Positions 1-8,729 of a stretch of DNA of 10,721 nt are shown piece after piece (the stretch's first letter is position 1; the number at the start of each line of letters is the position of its first letter). The stretch lies in the IMG/VR virus record IMGVR_UViG_2563366908_000002. One strand, written 5' to 3'. The position numbers and the translations under genes are program-made. Below the pieces are notes generated by a model, which did not search any database, was not told where the DNA came from, and saw nothing but the letters and a program-made list of their open reading frames with translations. This DNA is from a virus (lineage: Duplodnaviria; Heunggongvirae; Uroviricota; Caudoviricetes).

Positions 1-21
1 GCCTGCATCCTGAACCAGGAA

Positions 22-1530
22 TTATTCTTCGGACTGGTCGTCGGTGTGCTGCGGCTCCTGTCGTTTCGTTGCGGCACTGCTGCCTCCTTTATCACTGGCC
101 GGATCGGTATCAAATACCAGATCCAGCTTGCGGTTTTCATCAATTTCGGCCTTGCGCCGACGTTTGACATCATCCGGATTACGACCACCTGCACGTACCC
201 AGTCTGATTCTGTCGCCGCTCCACCACGAATCTGAATTTTCCAGGCCTCAGCCTCCTTAACAGGGTCAATCCACGGCATCACCGGTCCGGAATACACCGC
301 GGTATACAGTGAAGAACGATCAAGATCGCGGGGTAGCCTGATAACACCGGATGCCACAGCCTGTTTCAGCCAGGCACGATACATCGGGCGGGTGACGGCA
401 CCAATAAACCAGTCCTGCAGGATCAGGTAGCCATCAGTAGACTCAACCAGTTCCTGACGCTGGGCGCTGTAAGTGCCGTTATAGTTGCGTGCCGTACTGG
501 AAAAACTCAGACGACTGCCCGCCGCCACGGCACGCAACTGACCATTACGAAAAGTTTCAAGATTAGGATTGGGGCGATCCGACTTCACCATTCCAATTTC
601 TTCGCCGGGTTTCAGATCGTCGTAAATAATGCCTGGCTGAATGGTAAGCTCGCGTTCCTTATCCTTGCTGCCATTACCATCCGGTTCATAGCTCTGCCCG
701 TCGCCTTTCCGGATGTACATCCCCAGAGCAGCGGCGATCCTTGCTGCAGTCAGCTCAGAATCTTCATACTCTTTCAGGGCACTGAGGCGGATCAGCACAC
801 CGGACAACAAAGACGTCCCGCGCATCTGGTGCAGACGGCGAACAAATTTAAGATGCAGCATTCGCTCTGCATCCACTTCTTTGGTTTCCATCTGCCGTCC
901 GGATACGGGACGGCTTTTATACACCAGATATTTTTCGGGACGCCCCCAGTCATCAACAAACACGCCCTGATTCAGCCTGTTGCTCTCATCACTGGTCATG
1001 GGAATAAAGTCTGGCTCGAGCGCCTCCAGCCAGAAATGAACATCGGCAGAAGGCGTCAGGCTGTTTATGCGCCCGGAAACCATCTGGGCAAACACCTCAC
1101 CATCGCGCAGCCAGGTACGCAGCATCAGACGTTCCAGCATCGGACGGGTAAACTGCCCGGTGACTTCCGGACTGACAGACCATTCACTCCATCGGGTGCG
1201 TATCTCCGCTGCCAGATCACGGGCAATGGCCCCATTGCGTAATACCGGATGTGGCTCGACAATAATCCCGTTTTTCCCCACCACCCGTTCTTCCAGCTTG
1301 TCAAATACACCAATAACCAGATCGTGGTTGTTATCAAGGTAACGGGCCTGCTCACGTAACGACACGGCCCCGTACTGGCTTAACTGGTCGGCAGTTCGGT
1401 TTTCCCGCCGGGCTTTGTGTGTCCGTGTCGTTTTTACGGCCTCATAAGCCTGGATCACCGCACGGGAACGCAGCCTTGCCGCTTTCCATCCTGGTGAAAA
1501 AACGCCAATCACATCATCAATAATTGCCAT
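22..1530 (-). CDS. phage portal protein (lambda gpB-like by position and size)
   Basis: Track ORF 22..1602 begins at a GTG; the first ATG (1530..1528) overlaps the stop of the upstream W-like gene (TGATG). About 502 aa, last gene in a Nu1-A-W-B order as in lambda. Local motif resemblance to lambda gpB is recalled from memory, not aligned. Confidence 0.8.
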   Translation of the reverse strand: MAIIDDVIGVFSPGWKAARLRSRAVIQAYEAVKTTRTHKARRENRTADQLSQYGAVSLREQARYLDNNHDLVIGVFDKLEERVVGKNGIIVEPHPVLRNGAIARDLAAEIRTRWSEWSVSPEVTGQFTRPMLERLMLRTWLRDGEVFAQMVSGRINSLTPSADVHFWLEALEPDFIPMTSDESNRLNQGVFVDDWGRPEKYLVYKSRPVSGRQMETKEVDAERMLHLKFVRRLHQMRGTSLLSGVLIRLSALKEYEDSELTAARIAAALGMYIRKGDGQSYEPDGNGSKDKERELTIQPGIIYDDLKPGEEIGMVKSDRPNPNLETFRNGQLRAVAAGSRLSFSSTARNYNGTYSAQRQELVESTDGYLILQDWFIGAVTRPMYRAWLKQAVASGVIRLPRDLDRSSLYTAVYSGPVMPWIDPVKEAEAWKIQIRGGAATESDWVRAGGRNPDDVKRRRKAEIDENRKLDLVFDTDPASDKGGSSAATKRQEPQHTDDQSEE

Positions 1531-1742
1531 CAGAACCTCGCCAGCCGGTACCCGGGATGCCCCCGTCGTCGTGTAATCAGAGCCGCAAGGCGGCGCTCCC
1601 ACTCCTGCCGTCCCTGCCGGATCTCAGATAAGTTTTCCATGGTCATCTGCTGACCATTAAAGGTGACGGATTTTCCGTCCAGCACCGCCATTTCAGCTTC
1701 CGTATAACGCTGAATCATGGCTTCAATATCATTCTGATTCAT
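1530..1742 (-). CDS. gpW-like head-tail joining (head completion) protein
   Basis: About 70 aa ORF between large terminase and portal, the position and size of lambda W. GGAGG sits 6 nt upstream of the ATG at 1742 (third codon of track ORF 1530..1748), which overlaps the terminase stop (ATGA). C-terminal RRRG motif resembles lambda W. Confidence 0.7.
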   Translation of the reverse strand: MNQNDIEAMIQRYTEAEMAVLDGKSVTFNGQQMTMENLSEIRQGRQEWERRLAALITRRRGHPGYRLARF

Positions 1743-3841
1743 AACCATCCTCCGGAAGTCAGCCAGGGGTTAACATCGTCAGTTACTGTTTTCTTCCGTT
1801 TTTGTTTTTTAACAGGCGTGGATACCGGTTCCGGTGAGGGTGACGGTTCGGTACTGTCCGGGACACACTCCAGCCAGGTTTCCCGGCTCGCCCACTCCGG
1901 TGCATCCGGCCAGCGGATCTTTTCGTATCCATGCAGAATGACCAGAGCCTCGGCATACACCATCAGGTCAAAGGCTTCGTTGGCACCGCGACCCGGCTTA
2001 CTCCATTTCCCGTCACTGCTCCGCTCTTCATACGTCAGTTCGTCGTAAAACCAGCTCCCCAGCCAGTCAGGGAAATGCACATAGCCTGGACCTGGCGAGT
2101 CACGCCATAACGCGTTATTCACCCGGTCTTTCAGGGCATCCGTCTGAAGAAGCCAGAGCGGCACATCACCTGCGGCCTGCGCCCGTCGGCCCGTTCGTCC
2201 GGTGTTATCAGGGAATGTACGGGTGATCAGTTTTGCGCGCCGGATGCTGTCGCCCTTAAACAGGTAAATACGTTTACCAAGGCCATCACGACGGCAACGA
2301 CGCCAGAATTTATAGGCATTATCAGTGACCCCGTCTTCACCGCCGGAGTCCACCGCCATTGCCATCAGTCGCATTTGTTGAGAAGGATCGGAGGCCAGCG
2401 GCCAGCTTTTATGAAAAACATCCGTCAGCAGGACATCCCAGTCTTCCGGATAGCTGGCCGGATCAATTCGCTGGCTCTCCCCGTCGCTGTCACCGCGCAA
2501 TGACTGCGTGATATTGTAACGATCAATAATCCAGCGTTCGCCACGGCTGCCATAGCCTGTTACCTGAACCACAAAACGGCGATGACGTCCCGCCTGCACA
2601 TCCACTGTCGCCACAAGGAAATTAACGCCATCCGGCACACTGCGGGAAGGAACTGGCTCTGCCCGCTGCTCAAGCAGTTCACTTTTTCGTTGCTCCATGC
2701 TGGCGCGGGGAAGATAAGGTAATCCCCAGTCGGTATTGATAACCGTCTTGAGTGTCTCTTCACTTCCGGTTGTCTCGTATTCCTGTTCTGCAGTAAGCAG
2801 TTTGTAAACGAGTTGCGAGAGTGTCTGATAAGCAGCTGCCGGACCCTCCATCCAGAATGACGCAATACGTGAACGCCGGGGATCACCATAACGACTGCCA
2901 TCTGCATTGATGGATTCACCATCCCGTAACCAGACCCCACGTCCGTTCAGCTCGCGTTTTTGTTCAGGCAAAATCCGTCCTGAACAGGAAGGACACTGAA
3001 TATAAGCCGCCTCACTTGCCAGCACAGGATCGGCAATATCACGGAAACCAGCAACCACATCGCCGCAGGGCTGAAAATACTCACCACAGTGTGGACAGGG
3101 CCAGTACCAGCGACGGCGATCGCCACGGTTATAGAGCGACAGTATACCCGTGGTTGGTGGAGCCTCATGCGGTGAAGTCCGTCGCCATTTCACATCCTTC
3201 ACATCCCTGCCGGGGGAACTCTCCACCAGCGTCATACCACTGGACATAAATGTGGTGGTACGTTTTGAGGCAAGAGAGAAGGCATCCCCCTCACCATCAA
3301 TATCTTCCGGAAAACGGTCATAATCCGTCAGCGCCACGCATTTATAATCTGATGAAGACATGATATTGACTGACGGCCAGCCGATTTTCAGGTAGTTGCC
3401 AGCAAGGAATGTTCTGTCATAAACGTTGTTGTCATTTTTGTTCGGACTCAGGCGACTGACCACTTCCGGGCTGACGCGAAACGTTCTGGCGAGTCGTTTT
3501 TTGGAGTGTTCGCGGGCTTTTTCCTCCGTCATCTGAATGATCAGCATATCAGCAGGATCGCAAATCACGTTGTAAATCACCCAGCCGTCAATCAGGCCGA
3601 TAGTCTTGCCGGTTCGTGCCGGGCCAACAAATATCACTGCGTCGTATTCACGCGAGGCCAGGCAGTTCATAGGCTCAATAACATACGGTGCCACCAGCGG
3701 ATCCCACGGGACTGAGTTCCCTGCCCCCATAGGCACCCGCATATACTGAGCAACGGCATCAGCAACCCGCATTCGTCTCGGTGCGCGAAGGATATAACCT
3801 GAATCGGTTCGTGCTGCCTTTGCGGTTTCCTGATTCAGCAT
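1739..3841 (-). CDS. terminase large subunit (lambda gpA family)
   Basis: 700 aa ORF with Walker-A-like VGPARTGKT, a WPCPHCGEYF motif resembling lambda gpA ACPHCGEE, WIIDR resembling gpA WLIDR, and C-terminal NEAFDLMVYAEAL resembling gpA NEALDCFVYALAAL. ATG at 3841 overlaps the small-terminase stop (TAATG). Confidence 0.9.
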   Translation of the reverse strand: MLNQETAKAARTDSGYILRAPRRMRVADAVAQYMRVPMGAGNSVPWDPLVAPYVIEPMNCLASREYDAVIFVGPARTGKTIGLIDGWVIYNVICDPADMLIIQMTEEKAREHSKKRLARTFRVSPEVVSRLSPNKNDNNVYDRTFLAGNYLKIGWPSVNIMSSSDYKCVALTDYDRFPEDIDGEGDAFSLASKRTTTFMSSGMTLVESSPGRDVKDVKWRRTSPHEAPPTTGILSLYNRGDRRRWYWPCPHCGEYFQPCGDVVAGFRDIADPVLASEAAYIQCPSCSGRILPEQKRELNGRGVWLRDGESINADGSRYGDPRRSRIASFWMEGPAAAYQTLSQLVYKLLTAEQEYETTGSEETLKTVINTDWGLPYLPRASMEQRKSELLEQRAEPVPSRSVPDGVNFLVATVDVQAGRHRRFVVQVTGYGSRGERWIIDRYNITQSLRGDSDGESQRIDPASYPEDWDVLLTDVFHKSWPLASDPSQQMRLMAMAVDSGGEDGVTDNAYKFWRRCRRDGLGKRIYLFKGDSIRRAKLITRTFPDNTGRTGRRAQAAGDVPLWLLQTDALKDRVNNALWRDSPGPGYVHFPDWLGSWFYDELTYEERSSDGKWSKPGRGANEAFDLMVYAEALVILHGYEKIRWPDAPEWASRETWLECVPDSTEPSPSPEPVSTPVKKQKRKKTVTDDVNPWLTSGGWL

Positions 3842-4335
3842 TACTCCTCCTGCTGTAATTCCTCCTCATCATCCGCACCTGCTTCGGTCACCCGCAGGGC
3901 TATCTGATCGCGCAGATCATCAATAATGGACTGAACACGGCTCACAGCGGCAGGCTGCAGACCGCAGTCACGTTCCAGAATATCCGGTAATGTCTCCAGC
4001 ACCTGCACGACCGCTTTTGCCCAGATGGCAAACTCCCGTCTGACATCACTGGCCGGAATGAGTTGCGCCGTTTCCTGTTCGAACTTAAGACGCTCACGTT
4101 CAGACTGATACCAGGCTTTGCGCTCATGCGCGTCCATTTCGCCTTCTGCAACCGGCGGTGGTAATGCCAGAAATGCCGACACAATATCAACCACCCGATA
4201 AAGCTTGAGGTTGCTTTCATGCCCCCCTGCAACGGGTAGATTTTGCAGCCTTGCCGCAGCAGTCTGGCGATGTACACCTGACAGTGCCGCCAGTTGACTG
4301 ATATTCAGCGTCAGATTTTTTAACTCTCGATCCAT
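3841..4335 (-). CDS. terminase small subunit (Nu1-like DNA-packaging protein)
   Basis: 164 aa ORF immediately upstream of and coupled to the large terminase. N-terminal helix-turn-helix-like segment (LTLNISQLAALSGVHRQTAAARL) and acidic C-terminus. GGAG 5 nt upstream of the ATG at 4335. Lies about 175 bp from the putative cosN, as Nu1 does in lambda. Confidence 0.8.
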   Translation of the reverse strand: MDRELKNLTLNISQLAALSGVHRQTAAARLQNLPVAGGHESNLKLYRVVDIVSAFLALPPPVAEGEMDAHERKAWYQSERERLKFEQETAQLIPASDVRREFAIWAKAVVQVLETLPDILERDCGLQPAAVSRVQSIIDDLRDQIALRVTEAGADDEEELQQEE

Positions 4336-4509
4336 ACCCGCTCCAGAATGTTTTAAACATGCATCTTGCGAACAACTTTAGGCAAACGGTGTTAGTGATG
4401 AACAAAAAACAATCAGAATCGACACCATAAAAATAAATCCACTGTAATATCAATCAATTACAGTAGTGGTGATGACGAATAAAATTTCAAAAACTAGCCT
4501 TTTTCCGCG

Positions 4510-4521
4510 ACGCTCCCGCCC
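4510..4521 (-). other. putative cosN cohesive-end site
   Basis: Minus strand reads CCACG-GGGCGGGAGCGT-CGCGGAAAAAGG, against lambda TTACG-GGGCGGCGACCT-CGCGGGTTTTCG recalled from memory. Conserved flanks with a variant 12-mer core, at the expected distance upstream of the Nu1-like start. Confidence 0.5.
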
Positions 4522-4550
4522 CGTGGCAGGGGCCCCCACCGGGAGGACCC

Positions 4551-4573
4551 GACAGCCTGACAGCCTGACAGCC
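4551..4573. repeat. tandem 8-bp repeat GACAGCCT, about 3 copies, beside cosN on the side opposite the Nu1-like gene
   Basis: Direct reading: gacagcct gacagcct gacagcc. Confidence 0.8.
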
Positions 4574-4709
4574 GTGACGAGCATCTGATACAGCGCTTTA
4601 CATAATGGCATAGGAATAATTCAGAAGGACATCACAGCATGCCCACACAAATTAGTGTGAGTGTCCTGTTTCTTCCTACGCACAGGACTGACGAGCATGA
4701 GGGGAAAAT

Positions 4710-4877
4710 ATGCGAACCATAAATGCCTCATCTTCAGCAATGCAGCCGGCATCCGAACAGGACGATATTGTAAATTCACCTAATTACGAGGACATTGCAG
4801 TAGTTGAATTGCAGCTCTGTATTAGCCTGACAGTGACAGAATGCGATATTGACTCTGTCACAGGTGAAATAGTTTGA
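4710..4877 (+). CDS. hypothetical small acidic protein (55 aa), below the ORF-track cutoff
   Basis: Hand translation gives MRTINASSSAMQPASEQDDIVNSPNYEDIAVVELQLCISLTVTECDIDSVTGEIV. GAGGGG sits 5 nt upstream of the ATG. No recognisable family. Confidence 0.3.
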   Translation: MRTINASSSAMQPASEQDDIVNSPNYEDIAVVELQLCISLTVTECDIDSVTGEIV

Positions 4878-4897
4878 ATGATTAGCAGTTATGGTGC

Positions 4898-5104
4898 TCA
4901 GTCAACCACCAGGGAATAATCCTTCGAATTCTTATCGTGCTTCACCAACGCTGCCTCAATTGCCCTGAATGCTTCCAGAGACACCTGATGTTCTATACAT
5001 GCAATTACAACATCCGGGTAACTCATAGAAATGGTGCTATTAAGCATATTTTTTACACGAATCAGATCCAACGAGAGTTCATCAGCAGATTGTTCTTTAT
5101 TCAT
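4898..5104 (-). CDS. hypothetical 68-aa protein (possibly YnfO-like accessory protein of Qin-type prophages)
   Basis: ATG-initiated ORF with GGAG 7 nt upstream. Divergent from the YdfO-like gene and convergent with the 55-aa ORF. Family assignment is from locus memory only. Confidence 0.5.
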   Translation of the reverse strand: MNKEQSADELSLDLIRVKNMLNSTISMSYPDVVIACIEHQVSLEAFRAIEAALVKHDKNSKDYSLVVD

Positions 5105-5404
5105 TTTGTCGCTCCATGCGTTTGCTCGTCATCTAGCGGTTAAAATATTACTTCAAATCTTACTGCATAAAAGAGGAAAAGTATGAAAGTTTGAGTACAT
5201 CGACCTTACATACATCTGTCGGTTGCATATCCCTCCTGGATGCCAGCAAGGCTCAATTTTGTTACGCAATCAACACTATTCATTAAAAACAGGCTTAATA
5301 TTTGACATAAATCATCAACAAAACACAAAGAGGTCAGACCAGATTAAAACAATAAACACGATAATGCAAACTACGCGCCATCGTATCACATGGAAGGTTT
5401 ACCA

Positions 5405-5815
5405 ATGGCTCAGGCTGCCATTTTTAAAGAAATATTCGATCAAGTGCGTAAAGATTTAAACTGTGAATTATTTTATTCTGAGCTAAAACGTCACAATATC
5501 TCACTTTATATTTACTATTTAGCCACAGATAATATTCACATTGTGTTAGAAAACGACAACATAGTGTTAGTAAAAGGACTCAAAAAGGTTGTAAATGTTA
5601 AATTCTCCAGAAACAAACATCTTATAGAGACCTCCTATAATAAGTTGAAATCAAAAGAAATCACATTTCAACAATACAGGGAAAATCTTGCTAAAGCAGG
5701 AGTTTTCCGATGGGTTACAAATATCCAGGAACACCAAAGATATTACTATGCCTTTGATAACTCATTACTATTTACTGAAAGCATCCAGAAAACTACACAG
5801 ATCTTACCACGCTAA
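5405..5815 (+). CDS. ydfO: DUF1398-family protein, YdfO-like
   Basis: Track ORF 5390..5815; preferred start is the ATG at 5405 with GGAAGG 6 nt upstream (136 aa). Matches the size and position of YdfO between nohA and gnsB in K-12 Qin, recalled from memory. Confidence 0.6.
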   Translation: MAQAAIFKEIFDQVRKDLNCELFYSELKRHNISLYIYYLATDNIHIVLENDNIVLVKGLKKVVNVKFSRNKHLIETSYNKLKSKEITFQQYRENLAKAGVFRWVTNIQEHQRYYYAFDNSLLFTESIQKTTQILPR

Positions 5816-5920
5816 ACCATAACGTCCGGCTTCTCTCACTCCTGAGCCGGACTGCATTGGTTTAATAAAAACCATCAACAATTGTGATTTAGATATTCGG
5901 AACCATTCAAATATAACAAA

Positions 5921-5940
5921 ACCCCGTAAAAACGAGGTTT
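5921..5940 (-). terminator. weak terminator-like hairpin downstream of the GnsB-like gene
   Basis: Minus strand cctcg-ttttta-cgggg (one G-U wobble) followed by TTTTGTT. Confidence 0.3.
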
Positions 5941-5966
5941 ATGGATAAATTTTATTATTGAATACA

Positions 5967-6140
5967 TCAGATTAAATTAATCTTGACATCATAGCTTTCA
6001 AGACCCGTCATTTTTTCCCGTGCGGTAAACTGAATACTGGTAACTTCTTTCCCGGTCTTTTTCTTAAGTTCAATAATTTTTTTTGTTATATATTCAGAAA
6101 TATCTGCTTCTGCTTTTGTTTTTAAGTTTTCAATATTCAT
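5967..6140 (-). CDS. gnsB: GnsA/GnsB-family protein (57 aa), not in the ORF track
   Basis: Hand translation gives MNIENLKTKAEADISEYITKKIIELKKKTGKEVTSIQFTAREKMTGLESYDVKINLI, very close to E. coli GnsA/GnsB as recalled (MNIEELKKQAE...FTAREKMTGLESYDVKIKIM). AGAGGAA precedes the start; an extra in-frame ATG lies 3 nt upstream at 6143. Confidence 0.75.
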   Translation of the reverse strand: MNIENLKTKAEADISEYITKKIIELKKKTGKEVTSIQFTAREKMTGLESYDVKINLI

Positions 6141-6311
6141 CATTTCCTCTTTTAGTCTGTTATGACTTTCCAGTTACACAGTAAGTCGATTATATGGTGC
6201 AAACGTGTAAAAGATAAGATGAAACATCGCAATAATCAACATACGATAGTCTAAATTTTACACAAACAGACAAAGAGAATTTTCCTGAATTATCAATACA
6301 ATAGCATCAAA

Positions 6312-6542
6312 TCAACTCAAGAGCCTTATTGCTGCTTCCAGAATTTCTTCTGAAGTAACATGTCGATCCGCGGCTACATAAATGACTTTATGATCTCCGG
6401 TCAGAGATGGAAACCCTGCGGCCATTACAGTAAGGTGTGTTTTTTCGCCATTTGGATATTCACGCATGATGGTGTTAACTCCAGTCATCGCTGGCACTAC
6501 CACTGCTGGTTCAGAGTTAAAAAAAACTATGATTTTTTTCAT
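6312..6542 (-). CDS. small protein (76 aa), possibly YmcE/YnfN-family cold-shock-associated partner of Gns
   Basis: Track ORF 6312..6584; the 6584 start would overlap a terminator T-tract, so the ATG at 6542 (MKKIIVFFNSEP...) is preferred. Sits directly upstream of the gnsB-like gene, like ymcE-gnsA and ynfN-gnsB in K-12. Family assignment is from memory. Confidence 0.5.
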   Translation of the reverse strand: MKKIIVFFNSEPAVVVPAMTGVNTIMREYPNGEKTHLTVMAAGFPSLTGDHKVIYVAADRHVTSEEILEAAIRLLS

Positions 6543-6590
6543 GATGTTACCGTAGTATGTGAGTATCCATCGAATAGATACCAAGCAAAA

Positions 6591-6609
6591 AAGCTCCCGA
6601 AGGAGCCTT
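6591..6609 (-). terminator. Rho-independent terminator-like hairpin, possibly bidirectional
   Basis: gctcc-cgaa-ggagc stem-loop; on the minus strand it is followed immediately by TTTTTTGC. About 200 nt downstream of the cspI stop. Confidence 0.5.
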
Positions 6610-6813
6610 CATTTTCACTTTTTTAAATCCAACGACAGACGGCTGGCATTTAAGTATTGTGAAATATTATCAAATGTAATCATCATTGATTTACAAAAGA
6701 TACATTTTGCCCCGAAAGGATTCATGTCAGAAACATCAAAAGATGATGTTCTATACTGGGAACCATGACAACACGGGCATCTAAAGTGAATATGGTTTGT
6801 AATATTGTCTACC

Positions 6814-7026
6814 TCAAAGCGCCACTACATGAACAGCGGCAGGACCTTTAGGTCCGTTCTCAATACCAAATTCAACTTCCTGATTCTCAGTTAATGTTTT
6901 GAAATCGTTGCTCTGAATTGCTGAGAAATGGACAAACACATCTTTGCTGCCATCTTTCGGCGTGATGAAACCAAAACCTTTTTCAGGGTTAAACCATTTC
7001 ACTAAACCAGTCATTTTGTTAGACAT
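6814..7026 (-). CDS. cspI: cold-shock protein CspI (CspA family)
   Basis: 70 aa beginning [38 protein letters not shown] with RNP1/RNP2 motifs; matches E. coli CspI as recalled. AAGG ribosome-binding site upstream of the ATG. Confidence 0.93.
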   Translation of the reverse strand: MSNKMTGLVKWFNPEKGFGFITPKDGSKDVFVHFSAIQSNDFKTLTENQEVEFGIENGPKGPAAVHVVAL

Positions 7027-7176
7027 AATTATTACCTTTTGAAGAAATTAGCCCTTGGGCAGAATGGTCCGAAAAAAAATATCAGAGAGAAAAACCAACA
7101 AGGAAATCTCAAGAGGTACAAATAATAAAATTATAACAATGACTGCTTCAGATAAATTTGTAACAAACCAGAACAC

Positions 7177-7206
7177 CATTAACGCATGATTAACCACCCA
7201 TAGCAA
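7177..7206 (-). promoter_or_regulatory. putative cspI promoter with cspA-like architecture
   Basis: Minus strand TTGCTA, 17-18 bp spacer, then GTTAAT/TTAATG, with an AT-rich tract upstream. Resembles the cspA promoter (TTGCAT ... CTTAAT) as recalled. Implies a 5' UTR of about 145 nt, consistent with the long leaders of csp genes. Confidence 0.45.
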
Positions 7207-7389
7207 GGATTACTTTTGTAAAGAAAAACACAGCAATGAAAGAATAGCTTTATTTATTAATAATAACGTGTCATTCTGATTAAGACCTTTTATCTTACCC
7301 TTAAGATTTCAGGAATTTTGGCTCATGGAAGAGTCCTTTTTATTTAAATTTTACATTCCGCGATGTAAATGTTCCGATTTAATATTACC

Positions 7390-8413
<1,024 letters not shown>

Positions 8414-8417
<4 letters not shown>

Positions 8418-8701
8418 ATATATTTATGATGAGGACGCTCGTGCTTATTGGCAGGATTTTCAATCTTAAAGGAGTACTGATGCTGCAGATAAGACTCAAC
8501 TTTTTCTGACAATTTTTCTGCTACTTCCAGGAAGACTTGCCGGACGCTCCTTCTGGCTGCTGCCTCATAAAACTCCAGCGCAGCTCCTTCAACACGGTCC
8601 ATGGCGACATCCAGGTCAAAAATTTCACCGTCAAAGCGTTCTTTGTCCTGTAAGGCTACAGTTACCGTAACTTTATTCTCAAAATTACGGACTCCTTTCA
8701 C
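8414..8701 (-). CDS. ydfR: YdfR-like small protein between holin and lysozyme
   Basis: 95-codon ORF in the position ydfR occupies in K-12 Qin. The only start codon at its 5' end is a GTG with no clear ribosome-binding site; the next in-frame ATG is 33 codons in. Stop overlaps the lysozyme ATG. Confidence 0.5.
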
Positions 8702-8729
8702 AACCAGTTCATAGTCTTGAGTCGTTGGA

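Noticed and set aside
44-1342. Plus-strand ORFs 44..235, 713..970, 829..1242, 1067..1342 and minus-strand ORF 1125..1355 overlapping the portal gene
   Set aside because: All lie antisense to or out of frame within a long, well-supported portal CDS in GC-rich DNA where spurious ORFs are expected; no ribosome-binding sites or recognisable products.
1530-1602. N-terminal 24-codon extension of the portal ORF as given by the track
   Set aside because: Begins at a GTG inside the W-like gene; the ATG at 1530 overlapping the W stop is the more plausible coupled start.
1818-3715. ORFs 1818..2048, 2560..2940, 2947..3168, 3016..3249, 3506..3715 inside the terminase large-subunit gene
   Set aside because: Embedded in or antisense to a 700-aa CDS with clear terminase motifs; products are Arg/Cys/His-rich low-complexity, typical of alternate frames of GC-rich genes.
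3942-4453. Minus-strand ORFs 3942..4277 and 4217..4453 overlapping the small-terminase gene and cos region
   Set aside because: Alternate frames of the Nu1-like gene; 4217..4453 would run into the cosB interval. No support as independent genes.
4937-5459. Plus-strand ORFs 4937..5143 and 5223..5459
   Set aside because: The first is antisense to the better-supported 68-aa gene; the second spans the AT-rich divergent promoter region and runs into the ydfO-like start without a ribosome-binding site.
6360-6768. Plus-strand ORFs 6360..6626 and 6559..6768, and a 14-codon mini-ORF at about 6724 with an AAGGA site
   Set aside because: 6360..6626 is antisense to the YmcE/YnfN-like gene and crosses the terminator hairpin; 6559..6768 lies in the cspI 3' region with Lys/Ser-rich low-complexity product. 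The mini-ORF is too short to call without expression data.
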